This document shows positions 1 through 8,518 of a stretch of 59,660 nt of DNA, in pieces. The stretch comes from an uncultured bacterium (GTDB lineage Bacteria; Chlamydiota; Chlamydiia; Chlamydiales; JAAZZY01). Within the stretch, counting starts at the first letter, position 1. Each line of letters begins with the position of its first letter. The position numbers were made by a program, and so were the translations under genes. The stretch is taken from positions 1 through 59,660 of the forward strand of contig CAYGLF010000009.1 of NCBI GenBank assembly GCA_964350945.1, written 5' to 3'. The notes under the pieces are model-generated. The model searched no databases and was not told the origin of the DNA. It saw only the letters and a list, made by a program, of their open reading frames with translations.

Positions 1-81
1 CCATTTTGGCCCCAAATAATCACAAATATTAAGTGAAACCCCCCCAACCTATGCCCGGGGCATTGATTGGGGGGGGGGGGA

Positions 82-1476
82 TTATGAAGCTGGTTGAGCC
101 GTTGACTTCTCTTCGATTTTCTCTTCAAGCTGAGCTTTTAGCCTCTCTGGTGCTACTTTGCCTAAAAAGTCAGGTAAGTTTAAGCCTGCCATGGAAGCGA
201 CGTCATGAAGGGCAGGTAAAGATTTTACCATGCCACTGACAAAATTAGAGGTGGTTGTTTTCCCACTAGCGTCTTCTTTTCCGCTATCCCAAACAGTGAT
301 TTTATCAATTTTTAAGTTTTGGATTGCTTTGGCCTGGATTTCAACCAGCTTTTCTAGTTTCTCGATCAAAAGCATTGTCGATGCTTGGTCTGCTCTCCCG
401 GCACATGCTTTGACTAGCTGGTCATACCCCAGTGACTTGGCCTTTAAGACTTGAGCTATCCCTTCCGCTTCCGCTTTTTTCATGTTTACCAAAGCTTCTG
501 CTTGCCCTTTAGATTCAAGAACCTCCTTGCGAGCTTTAGCCTCGGCGTCAATCTCAATCATCCGTTTAGTGATTTCTCTAGGAACAATCTCTTCGGTTTC
601 GAGTCGTTTCATTTCAGCGTTTTTTCTCGACTCTTGAATCTCAATGGTTGCCTTTTGTCTGGCAACTTCACTCACTTTATTAGCCTCAGCTTCCTTTTCA
701 GCAAGTATGGAATTCGTTAACGCTACTTGCGCTTTAGCGATGTTTTCACCTTCAGTGGCCGCCGCTTGTAGGCTGGTAACTTGAATGCGCCGCTCCTTTT
801 CAGCTTCAGCTTTTCCTATTTCACCTTCTTTTTCATGAATGGCAACGTCAATTTTGGCTTGATTGACCGCTTTGGCAATTGCTTTTTTTCCAATGCTTTC
901 AATGTAGTCTGATTCATCTGTAATATCTGTAATATTTACATTAATGAGTGTTAGGCCAATCTTATGAAGCTCAGGCTCAATGTTATTTTTGATAGACTCT
1001 AAGAAGCGCTCTCGGTCTTGGTTGATTTCCTCAATTCTTAAAGAGGCAACGGTTAAACGCAGTTGGCCTAAGATAATTTCAATTGCCATGGACTCGATTT
1101 CATTATTTTTTAAATTGAGCAAACGAACTGCTGCATTGTTCATCACCTCACTTTGGATACCTACAGCAATCGTGAAGGTACTGGGAACATTAATCCGGAT
1201 GTTTTGCAGTGAGAGAGCTCCCTTGAGAGGGATGTGAATGGTTCTAGGGGTTAAATCTAAATAGGTGCTTCCTTGGATGAGTGGCCAAACAAAGGTTCCT
1301 CCACCATGGTAGCACTGGACCGTTTTTTGCCCAGCAATACGACCAAAGACCACAAGCACTTTGTTGGACGGGCATCTTTTGTAAATCTTTGCAAGAAAAA
1401 CGATCATTGAAAAGAGAGAGAAAATGAAGACAATAAGCCCCATTGACATGTAGTTTAATTCAGCTGGATTACTCAT
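82..1476 (-). CDS. Flotillin-like SPFH/Band 7 domain protein (YqiK family)
   Basis: 464-aa ORF. N-terminal TM segment, SPFH domain, then a long Glu/Lys/Ala-rich coiled-coil (EAEKERRIQ..., KAEAEGIAQ...) typical of bacterial flotillins. Paired with an NfeD-like gene immediately upstream. Confidence 0.75.
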   Translation of the reverse strand: MSNPAELNYMSMGLIVFIFSLFSMIVFLAKIYKRCPSNKVLVVFGRIAGQKTVQCYHGGGTFVWPLIQGSTYLDLTPRTIHIPLKGALSLQNIRINVPSTFTIAVGIQSEVMNNAAVRLLNLKNNEIESMAIEIILGQLRLTVASLRIEEINQDRERFLESIKNNIEPELHKIGLTLINVNITDITDESDYIESIGKKAIAKAVNQAKIDVAIHEKEGEIGKAEAEKERRIQVTSLQAAATEGENIAKAQVALTNSILAEKEAEANKVSEVARQKATIEIQESRKNAEMKRLETEEIVPREITKRMIEIDAEAKARKEVLESKGQAEALVNMKKAEAEGIAQVLKAKSLGYDQLVKACAGRADQASTMLLIEKLEKLVEIQAKAIQNLKIDKITVWDSGKEDASGKTTTSNFVSGMVKSLPALHDVASMAGLNLPDFLGKVAPERLKAQLEEKIEEKSTAQPAS

Positions 1477-1487
1477 ATAATATTTCC

Positions 1488-2042
1488 TTATTTGACTCGT
1501 TTGACGAGGACAGTTTGATGATCGATCACTTGAATGATTTCAACGGTTTTGAAAGAGTTTATGACTTGATTGTCATTAGAACGTGCATGTAATTGGTGTG
1601 TAAGGTCGTGCAAAGAAATTTGTATAACGCCTTGTTCGCCAACTTCAATTTTTTGATAGACCATCGCTTGTTTGCCCAAAGCGCTTTGGATATCAAATGT
1701 AGAGCCTGTACTTGTGAGTGCTCTGGCGACTTTAAAAATAGAGCGGGTCAATCCTAAAAATAGAAGGCCTGAGCTAAGAGCCACAGAAACGCTGATTAAG
1801 TTATTTAAGGAAAATTGACGGTGGGCTGTAAGACCTCCCCAGCCAAACATCATCAAAAAACCAATCAGAGCATTTAAAGATAAAAATTTAAAGGCGTCAT
1901 CGCTCGAGTGGTCACCGAGAGTGTCTGCAGAGTCTCCGTCAGAGAAACCTATAAAACTGAGTAAAATTCTTAAGAGGTAAAAAGGGGTGGCAACCCAAGC
2001 GCAAGCAGAAAAAATTTGATCGAGGCTAAAGTAGTTAAACAC
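1488..2042 (-). CDS. NfeD-like membrane protein (YqiJ-like partner of flotillin)
   Basis: 184 aa with N-terminal TM helices and a C-terminal beta-rich soluble domain. Lies immediately upstream of, and same strand as, the flotillin gene, which is the canonical yqiJ-yqiK arrangement. Confidence 0.6.
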   Translation of the reverse strand: MFNYFSLDQIFSACAWVATPFYLLRILLSFIGFSDGDSADTLGDHSSDDAFKFLSLNALIGFLMMFGWGGLTAHRQFSLNNLISVSVALSSGLLFLGLTRSIFKVARALTSTGSTFDIQSALGKQAMVYQKIEVGEQGVIQISLHDLTHQLHARSNDNQVINSFKTVEIIQVIDHQTVLVKRVK

Positions 2043-2223
2043 GTCACAAATCCTTTAAAACGGTGGATTGTAAATAGATATCTCCTATTAGTAAAGGGAA
2101 TACGACTAGAAAACTTGCTTTTGTTTTGGGTTTTTATTCGATAGGTGAAAGTACTTTATTTATTATAATAGTAAGTGATAAGCTGACTTGGTCTTAAAAT
2201 ACCTTAACCTTTTAGGAGGTTTT

Positions 2224-2502
2224 ATGAGAATTGGTAATCAAGTCCTGGGTCAGAATAGATTTTTAAATGTTCCCCCACCACAAAGCTCATCTAGAGAAGA
2301 GAGGCACGCTTCTGTTTCTAAGGTTGCCTGCTTAGCTCTCTCTGAGCAAAGTAACTTGTGTCATGTCAGCTTTAGCTCGAGTGACCTTGATGTTAGCAAA
2401 GAAGACAGTGGCAAACCTAAAAGCCCTCCTAAGGAAAATAAGTGGCCAAATCCCTTTAAAAGACCGACTAAGCCATTACGTCCAATCATTAGGCCGTGGT
2501 GA
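2224..2502 (+). CDS. Hypothetical small Pro/Lys-rich protein (92 aa) with strong RBS
   Basis: AGGAGG Shine-Dalgarno 6-7 nt upstream of ATG at 2224 (ttaggaggttttATG). This is internal to the track ORF 2188..2502. No recognisable domain. Confidence 0.3.
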   Translation: MRIGNQVLGQNRFLNVPPPQSSSREERHASVSKVACLALSEQSNLCHVSFSSSDLDVSKEDSGKPKSPPKENKWPNPFKRPTKPLRPIIRPW

Positions 2503-2587
2503 TTTTTCTAGGGGTCACAAAAATATGAGGGTGGAGAAGTTTTAGAAAGACTCTCTTTTGCTTCAATAATTTTAACTCGCAAAACTG

Positions 2588-3568
2588 TTGAATGACATGT
2601 TTAGGCTCTTAAAAAAAAGCGGTAAGCGCCAATTAGAAGATAGTGTGTTGCAACATAAGTATGCGCTTCATTTCAGTTCATCGAGGCTTTTTAAAGGGCT
2701 TTTTTTTACAGTACTTGGGCTTCTTTTATTGACCACATCCATGGTGGCTTTTCAGCATTTGGTAATTGAAAACTCCATTTTTGTTACTTTTTTTGTGATC
2801 TTCACATCTGCCTTTATTCCGCTGTTTATATGCGCTCTATGTAAAGGAAAAAATTTTTTAATTTGTGAAAAGAAAAAATATGTCTTTGTCCGTGCTTTTC
2901 TGGCTGTCATTGTACTATATCTACACGTCGCGTCTACATTTTGGATCTCGAGTTCAAATAGCTCTCTTTTTTTGAACCTAGATTCCTTTTTTGTTCCTCT
3001 GATTATATACTGGATGTTTAGAAAAAAATTATCTTCCCTAACCTGGTTGGGTTTGCTTCTTAGCTTCTTGGGATTTGCGGCTCTTAACCCCATTCAAGGG
3101 GAGATGTTTTCTCTACAAGGGCAGCTTGAAATGTTACTTTGCACTGTCAGTGGGCTTGCTGCAGCTGGACAAATTGTCATTAGTTGCTACATCATCCGAC
3201 ATGATCCTGCTCTGAGACAAATCTTATATACTTCTTTTATAGGGCTTTTGATCTCAGGAGTTGGTGTGCTTTGCAGTGGCTGGGAAACACCTTGTTTTGT
3301 AGATTTTATTTATATGGTTTTTCAAGGACTTGTTTATGCAGGTATAGCCCTACTCTATTTGAAGGTCTGTGATTGTATTGAGCCACACGTTATTGCGTCC
3401 CTTAACTATTTAGTGCCACTGCTTGTTCTTTTGATCAATGGTTTTTATGGTTTATATCCGCTCAATGGGATGATGTGGGTGGGTTGTTGCATCGTTTTAC
3501 TAGGGGTGGGCGTTGTCGCTGCTGCCACCCGTTTACAGAGAAAAGAAGAAGACATCCTACTTGCATAA
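2588..3568 (+). CDS. Multi-pass membrane protein, DMT/EamA-like transporter (paralog 1)
   Basis: 326 aa with about 10 predicted TM helices. Clear paralog of the next gene (shared C-terminal YLVPLLVLLING... / YLVPVFLLLINVG... blocks). Confidence 0.5.
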   Translation: MNDMFRLLKKSGKRQLEDSVLQHKYALHFSSSRLFKGLFFTVLGLLLLTTSMVAFQHLVIENSIFVTFFVIFTSAFIPLFICALCKGKNFLICEKKKYVFVRAFLAVIVLYLHVASTFWISSSNSSLFLNLDSFFVPLIIYWMFRKKLSSLTWLGLLLSFLGFAALNPIQGEMFSLQGQLEMLLCTVSGLAAAGQIVISCYIIRHDPALRQILYTSFIGLLISGVGVLCSGWETPCFVDFIYMVFQGLVYAGIALLYLKVCDCIEPHVIASLNYLVPLLVLLINGFYGLYPLNGMMWVGCCIVLLGVGVVAAATRLQRKEEDILLA

Positions 3569-3618
3569 AAAACCGCTTGTAGTTTTGTCCTAGATGAGCC
3601 AATCTTATCCTCTGGAAT

Positions 3619-4590
3619 TTGATAGCAAATTTAGGAACGATCATGATAGCTGCAGAAAGAAAACCGAGACAAGGTGTTATTTACAGAAAAAACCGGCATA
3701 TTGGGATTTCTTATACGGCATTTGGATGGTTTTTAATTGCTTTAAGTGCTGTTTTTTTTGCTCAAACAAGAGCCACTCATTCCTTGGTCAATACATGCTT
3801 TCACCACTATTTAGTCGCTTTTATGGTGATTAGCTTGTGGGCTGGATTTAAAAAAAAGAGGCACTTTTTTTGTAAAAATCCAATTCTTGTGATTATAAAT
3901 TCCATCATTTGTATGGCTTGTTATTACATCTATTTTATGCTAAGAGCAGCGCCTGCAAGTACTTCAAATTCTTATCTGCTCAATACAGATGCTTTGATTT
4001 TAGCTTTCTTTTCATTTGTGATGCTCAGAAAAAAAGTAAGCTTTCTATCCTGGATGGGGTTGATTGTTGGCTTTATCGGGGTCATGAGCTTTTTCTCCTT
4101 TGAGGTGGATTTTGTAACTCTTAAAGGGTGGTCTGATGCATTTGTCTGTGTGCTATCAGCTTCTGCTCTTGCTATCTTAATTCTCCTAACCCAGTATCTT
4201 CTCAAGAATAACCCTCCTATTATCATTGCCCTTTCCCACTGTTTGGTGGGGCTGTTTTTTTCAGGGATTTTCCTGTTTTTCTCTGGATGGCAGTTGCCTA
4301 CTAATTTTGATTTATTTTGTATGGTCATTGATGGCTTTATGTATGCCATTGCCCTGTATTTTTTCATTAATGCCCTGCAGTATACAGAGGCTTATATTAT
4401 CATGTCACTGAGCTACTTGGTACCGGTTTTCCTTTTACTGATCAATGTGGGGATGCGAAGATCATGGATTGACATGAACTCATTGATCGGTATTGTTTTG
4501 GTCCTTGTAGGCGTTGCTTTTGTTCCTATTCCCGCATATTTGAGAGAGCGGAAAAAAATATGGGAACAAAAAATGCAAAAGTCTGTATAG
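3619..4590 (+). CDS. Multi-pass membrane protein, DMT/EamA-like transporter (paralog 2)
   Basis: 323 aa with the same topology and conserved blocks as 2588..3568. Tandem duplication. Confidence 0.5.
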   Translation: MIANLGTIMIAAERKPRQGVIYRKNRHIGISYTAFGWFLIALSAVFFAQTRATHSLVNTCFHHYLVAFMVISLWAGFKKKRHFFCKNPILVIINSIICMACYYIYFMLRAAPASTSNSYLLNTDALILAFFSFVMLRKKVSFLSWMGLIVGFIGVMSFFSFEVDFVTLKGWSDAFVCVLSASALAILILLTQYLLKNNPPIIIALSHCLVGLFFSGIFLFFSGWQLPTNFDLFCMVIDGFMYAIALYFFINALQYTEAYIIMSLSYLVPVFLLLINVGMRRSWIDMNSLIGIVLVLVGVAFVPIPAYLRERKKIWEQKMQKSV

Positions 4591-4624
4591 AATAAATCTA
4601 TCTACTACTAATGAATGAAGGCTG

Positions 4625-5677
4625 ATGATTCAATCTAAAGGTTATGCTGCCCAAAGCTCAAAAGAAAAACTGGCTCCTTACCAATTTCAAAGGCGTGAGC
4701 TATTAGAAAATGATGTGTTGATCGAAATTCAATATTGTGGAGTGTGTCACTCTGATATCCACCAAGTGAGAAATGAATGGGCGGGGTCTAAGTATCCGAT
4801 CGTTCCAGGTCACGAAATTATTGGAGTTGTAAGGAAAATAGGAGCTAAAGTTAACAATTTTTCAGTTGGCGATCGTGTGGGTGTGGGGTGCATGGTCGAT
4901 TCTTGTCAGTCCTGCGCAAGCTGTCGAGATCACCTCGAGCAGTACTGCGAGAAAGGCTCTATTAGCACCTATAATTCTATAGATTATCACGGGGAAGTAA
5001 CCCTTGGAGGATATTCCAATAATATAGTGGTTAGGCAAGAATTTGTTCTGTCGATTCCCGATAACTTAGACGCGGCAAAAGCTGCTCCACTACTCTGTGC
5101 GGGAATCACCACCTATTCTCCTATCCAACACCTAAAAATGACCCGTGGACATAGAGTGGGGGTTGTGGGGCTTGGAGGTCTTGGGCATATGGCAGTTAAA
5201 ATTGCCTGTGCTAAAGGGTGCGAAGTGACTGTTTTTACCACCTCTGAAAGCAAAAGAGAAGACGCTAAAAGGTTAGGAGCTAAAGAGGCGGTTTATTCAA
5301 AAAGCGAAGCTGAGATGAAAAAGAAAGAGGGCTATTTTCATTTTATAATTGATACAGTTGCAGCTCCGCATAATCTTGCTAACTACACAAAGTGTCTGCA
5401 GCGAGATGGAAAGATGGTTCTTGTAGGTCTTCCAGATCATCCACACCCACCCTTAGAGGTCCAAGATTTGATTTTTAAAAGGAAGTCAATTGTAGGGTCA
5501 CTGATTGGAGGGATTCAAGAGACGCAAGAGATGCTTGAGTTTTGCTCGAAGCATCAGATAGAATCCGATATTGAGTTGATCCCTATTCAAGAGGTGAACG
5601 AAGCATTCGAGCGGGCGATTTTGGGAGATGTAAAATATCGCTTTGTGATTGACATTTCTAGTCTAGAAAAAGACTAG
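4625..5677 (+). CDS. Zn-dependent NADP-alcohol dehydrogenase (cinnamyl-alcohol dehydrogenase/YahK-like MDR family)
   Basis: GVCHSDIH...GHEIIGVV zinc-binding signature, structural Zn Cys cluster (CQSCASC...C) and a GVVGLGGLGH Rossmann motif. Confidence 0.85.
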   Translation: MIQSKGYAAQSSKEKLAPYQFQRRELLENDVLIEIQYCGVCHSDIHQVRNEWAGSKYPIVPGHEIIGVVRKIGAKVNNFSVGDRVGVGCMVDSCQSCASCRDHLEQYCEKGSISTYNSIDYHGEVTLGGYSNNIVVRQEFVLSIPDNLDAAKAAPLLCAGITTYSPIQHLKMTRGHRVGVVGLGGLGHMAVKIACAKGCEVTVFTTSESKREDAKRLGAKEAVYSKSEAEMKKKEGYFHFIIDTVAAPHNLANYTKCLQRDGKMVLVGLPDHPHPPLEVQDLIFKRKSIVGSLIGGIQETQEMLEFCSKHQIESDIELIPIQEVNEAFERAILGDVKYRFVIDISSLEKD

Positions 5678-7044
5678 TCTAATCCGAGTAGATGGGTAAG
5701 TGCTTTTTCCAATTCAGGGTAATAAAAGGTGGCGCCACTTTCTATGAGCTTGACAGGCTGAACAATCAAGTCGCTTAAAAGAGTTTCCTTCCCCATATCC
5801 CCTAGAAAAGCCTTTACGAACCCCTCTGGTAAGGAAAGAAAGAACGGCCTTTTTAGTAGCTCTGCCAATTTTTTAGAAAATTCTTCATTTGAAATTGCTT
5901 GGGGAGAGGTGAGGTTAACCGCTCCTTTAAGGTCTTTTGTCATCAAAACATGCGTGTACTGATAAACTAAATCATCGATGCTAATCCAGCTTAAGTGTTG
6001 TGATCCCTTCCCAATTTTAGTTCCCAATCCCAACTCAAATGAACCTAAAATCTTTTTAAGCATCCCGCCGCGGGGACTTAGTACCACCCCTGTACGCATA
6101 TTGACTACACGTCCTTTTTGAAACTGAGAAGATTCTAATTCAACATCACGAGTTACTTGAGATAAAAAACCATCTCCATGTGGGCTTTTTTCAGAGCATT
6201 CACTTCCTTGCTTGTAGTAGTTGCAGCCAGAGGCACATAAAAACACTTGAGGGGGATTTTTGAGTTGGTTGAAGGCTTGGACGAGAAGCCGTGTTGAGTG
6301 GATGCGGCTTTTGTATATTTTTTCTTTTTTATGCTCATTCCAAAGACCTGCAATATTTTCTCCGGCCAAATGGATAACCGCATCATACCCTTCGATCTGC
6401 TCTAGATCAATTTTTTGATTTTCAATATCCCAAAAAATACCATGTTCATCAGCTTGTAGATTGCGGGTAATTGGAATGATGCGGTGTCCCATCACCGTTA
6501 AAAAATTTGAGAGGCTACGGCCGATGAGTCCAGTCGATCCCGTCATGAGGATGTGTTTTTTTTCTTGAGGGTACTTTTTGTAAAAAAGAAGGTCATTTTG
6601 TAAAGTTCGTTGGCGATAGGCGAAGAGATGGTTCAAGCGCCTTGCTATTTTTTGGTGTAAAAAAGCTCCTAGGAAACTTTCAAAGTGAAGCCTAAAAGTA
6701 ATTGTATCTACAACCACGCAGTGGTCTTTGTCGACTTCTTGAAATTCGTGATGGTGCTTCCAGAAGGCAAAAGGGCCTTTGACTTGTTCATCAGTAAAAG
6801 AATGATCTTCTTGAAAATCTGTGATTTTAAAAATACAGTGAACCCCGACTTTATGAAACAGATTTAATTTAAGATGGACGCTTTCACCCAGCTGCAACTG
6901 TGGGTTTTTAGATATCACTTCGGTATTGAGAAAGGGAGGGGAGAGCCTTTCAAACATTCCAGGTCTTTGGTGCCATTTAAAAGCATCAGATCTTGACACT
7001 GGCAGAGGAGTTTTAAAAGTAAATGTATAGTTTTCATCTTCCAT
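5674..7044 (-). CDS. Fusion protein: N-terminal SRPBCC-like domain + TIGR01777 (YfcH-type) NAD-dependent epimerase family with C-terminal DUF1731
   Basis: C-terminal 300 aa align by eye to E. coli YfcH (ILMTGSTGLIGRSL..., RTGVVLSPRGGMLKKIL..GLG..IG.G.Q..SWI..DDL). The roughly 150-aa N-terminal extension has a Bet-v1/SRPBCC-like pattern. Confidence 0.7.
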   Translation of the reverse strand: MEDENYTFTFKTPLPVSRSDAFKWHQRPGMFERLSPPFLNTEVISKNPQLQLGESVHLKLNLFHKVGVHCIFKITDFQEDHSFTDEQVKGPFAFWKHHHEFQEVDKDHCVVVDTITFRLHFESFLGAFLHQKIARRLNHLFAYRQRTLQNDLLFYKKYPQEKKHILMTGSTGLIGRSLSNFLTVMGHRIIPITRNLQADEHGIFWDIENQKIDLEQIEGYDAVIHLAGENIAGLWNEHKKEKIYKSRIHSTRLLVQAFNQLKNPPQVFLCASGCNYYKQGSECSEKSPHGDGFLSQVTRDVELESSQFQKGRVVNMRTGVVLSPRGGMLKKILGSFELGLGTKIGKGSQHLSWISIDDLVYQYTHVLMTKDLKGAVNLTSPQAISNEEFSKKLAELLKRPFFLSLPEGFVKAFLGDMGKETLLSDLIVQPVKLIESGATFYYPELEKALTHLLGLD

Positions 7045-7084
7045 AAGAAGGTGTTCATAACAAATTACTTAATTTCTGGGCGAC

Positions 7085-7906
7085 TTATTTTTGACAGCGG
7101 GGACAAAAGTGGGTTCCCCTTTGTGCTAACTTGATTTTTTTAATCACACAATTGCAAGTAAAGCAGGGGAGTTTATCTCTTTGGTAGACATTAAAGTGCG
7201 TCTGGTATTTTCCGCTAATGCCTTGGACTCCTTTAAAGTTTGAGGCACCTTTTCCTAAACTAGACCCACCTTTTTGAATCGATTTTTGTAAAACCATTTG
7301 AATCGCTTTAAAGAGTTTTTTAGTCTCAGCAGCACTTAGGGAGTCTGCTTGGCGAGTCGGGGAGATGTGTGCAGCCCAAAGAGATTCGTCGACGTAGATA
7401 TTACCAAGCCCTGCGATCTTTGTTTGGTCGAGTAATAGAGCTTTAATGGGGCGTTTAGATTTTTTTAAATAAGAAGATAAAACCAATGGAGAAAATTCTT
7501 TGGAAAGAGGCTCAGTGCCCAGATGACCTAAAATATTTTGAGAGCGTAAAATCAGTTGCCAGGTGCCAAATTTTCTTGTGTCATGAAAAATGAGGTAGAT
7601 ATTTCCACATTTTAAAAAAGCTCGTTCATGAGTGATTTCGGTTGGTTTTGTTTCGGTAATCAAAAATTTCCCAGTCATCCTCAAATGAATAATAAGGTCA
7701 TGTTGCTGTAAACTAAAAATTAAGTATTTCGCACGCCGAGAAATACTGCGAATAGATTGACCGATAACGGCATTTTCAAACGCCTTAATAGAGGGAGAGA
7801 CAAGAGTCTTAGGCCAGTAAAATTTAGCTTCAGAGATGGTTTTATTTAAAAAGTTGGCTTTGAGAAGCTGATTTTTAACAGTTTCTACTTCAGGTAGCTC
7901 AGGCAT
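7085..7906 (-). CDS. mutM: Formamidopyrimidine-DNA glycosylase
   Basis: Starts MPELPEVE (catalytic Pro2/Glu3). Has an H2TH region and a C-terminal zinc finger CxxC...CPRCQ. Confidence 0.9.
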   Translation of the reverse strand: MPELPEVETVKNQLLKANFLNKTISEAKFYWPKTLVSPSIKAFENAVIGQSIRSISRRAKYLIFSLQQHDLIIHLRMTGKFLITETKPTEITHERAFLKCGNIYLIFHDTRKFGTWQLILRSQNILGHLGTEPLSKEFSPLVLSSYLKKSKRPIKALLLDQTKIAGLGNIYVDESLWAAHISPTRQADSLSAAETKKLFKAIQMVLQKSIQKGGSSLGKGASNFKGVQGISGKYQTHFNVYQRDKLPCFTCNCVIKKIKLAQRGTHFCPRCQK

Positions 7907-7908
7907 TT

Positions 7909-8349
7909 TTATTTTAAAGAAATAAAAATTTCAACTTCATCTTTGCCTCTAACGACTTCAAAATCAGCTTCAAATTTACGCTCGATCTCATCATTGGTCC
8001 AGATATGTTTCCACGTTTCAATCAAAGCATCAGGAAGCCCTCCTTTGACTGAGAAAAGAGCATATTTGTTGCCCGGAATTTTTATGCCACTCATTTCTTT
8101 AGGGACCTCATCTAGAGTGCTGACCTCACAACCAATCGTATAGTGAAAAGGTTTGGTGTGATCTCCCTCATAGTCGGTGTATAAAGCCATGATATTACTA
8201 TTTTTTTTATTGGGGATTTTATCTAGTAAGTTGTTCAATATAAAATCTTTCCACATCCCGGGGATTTCTTGCTGTGCGTTGTCGTTCGAGATTTTTTTGG
8301 TGATGCCAATGACTTTAAAGTCACCTTTTGAGACAATTTTGTGCTCCAT
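7909..8349 (-). CDS. GyrI-like small-molecule-binding domain protein
   Basis: 146 aa resembling the effector-binding domain of AraC/MerR-type activators and SbmC/GyrI. Ends 2 nt from mutM, so probably co-transcribed. Confidence 0.55.
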   Translation of the reverse strand: MEHKIVSKGDFKVIGITKKISNDNAQQEIPGMWKDFILNNLLDKIPNKKNSNIMALYTDYEGDHTKPFHYTIGCEVSTLDEVPKEMSGIKIPGNKYALFSVKGGLPDALIETWKHIWTNDEIERKFEADFEVVRGKDEVEIFISLK

Positions 8350-8518
8350 GCCCTCTCCTTTTAATGGGATCCTTTTTTTTCATGTTAGCTGCTAGCCTAT
8401 TTATAGACAATTACTAATCGTTTAGAAGAAGGTGTGAATCTAAGGGGCCTGCTGAGTCGCTCGTGTTAAGAAAAGTAGGACCTTAAGCACTTTAGGAGCT
8501 TAAGATCCTAATGACAAC

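Noticed and set aside
33-239. 68-aa + strand ORF (MKPPQPMPGALIGGGG...)
   Set aside because: Generated by reading through the C7/G12 homopolymer tracts and the antisense strand of the flotillin gene. The Gly run is a poly-G translation artefact.
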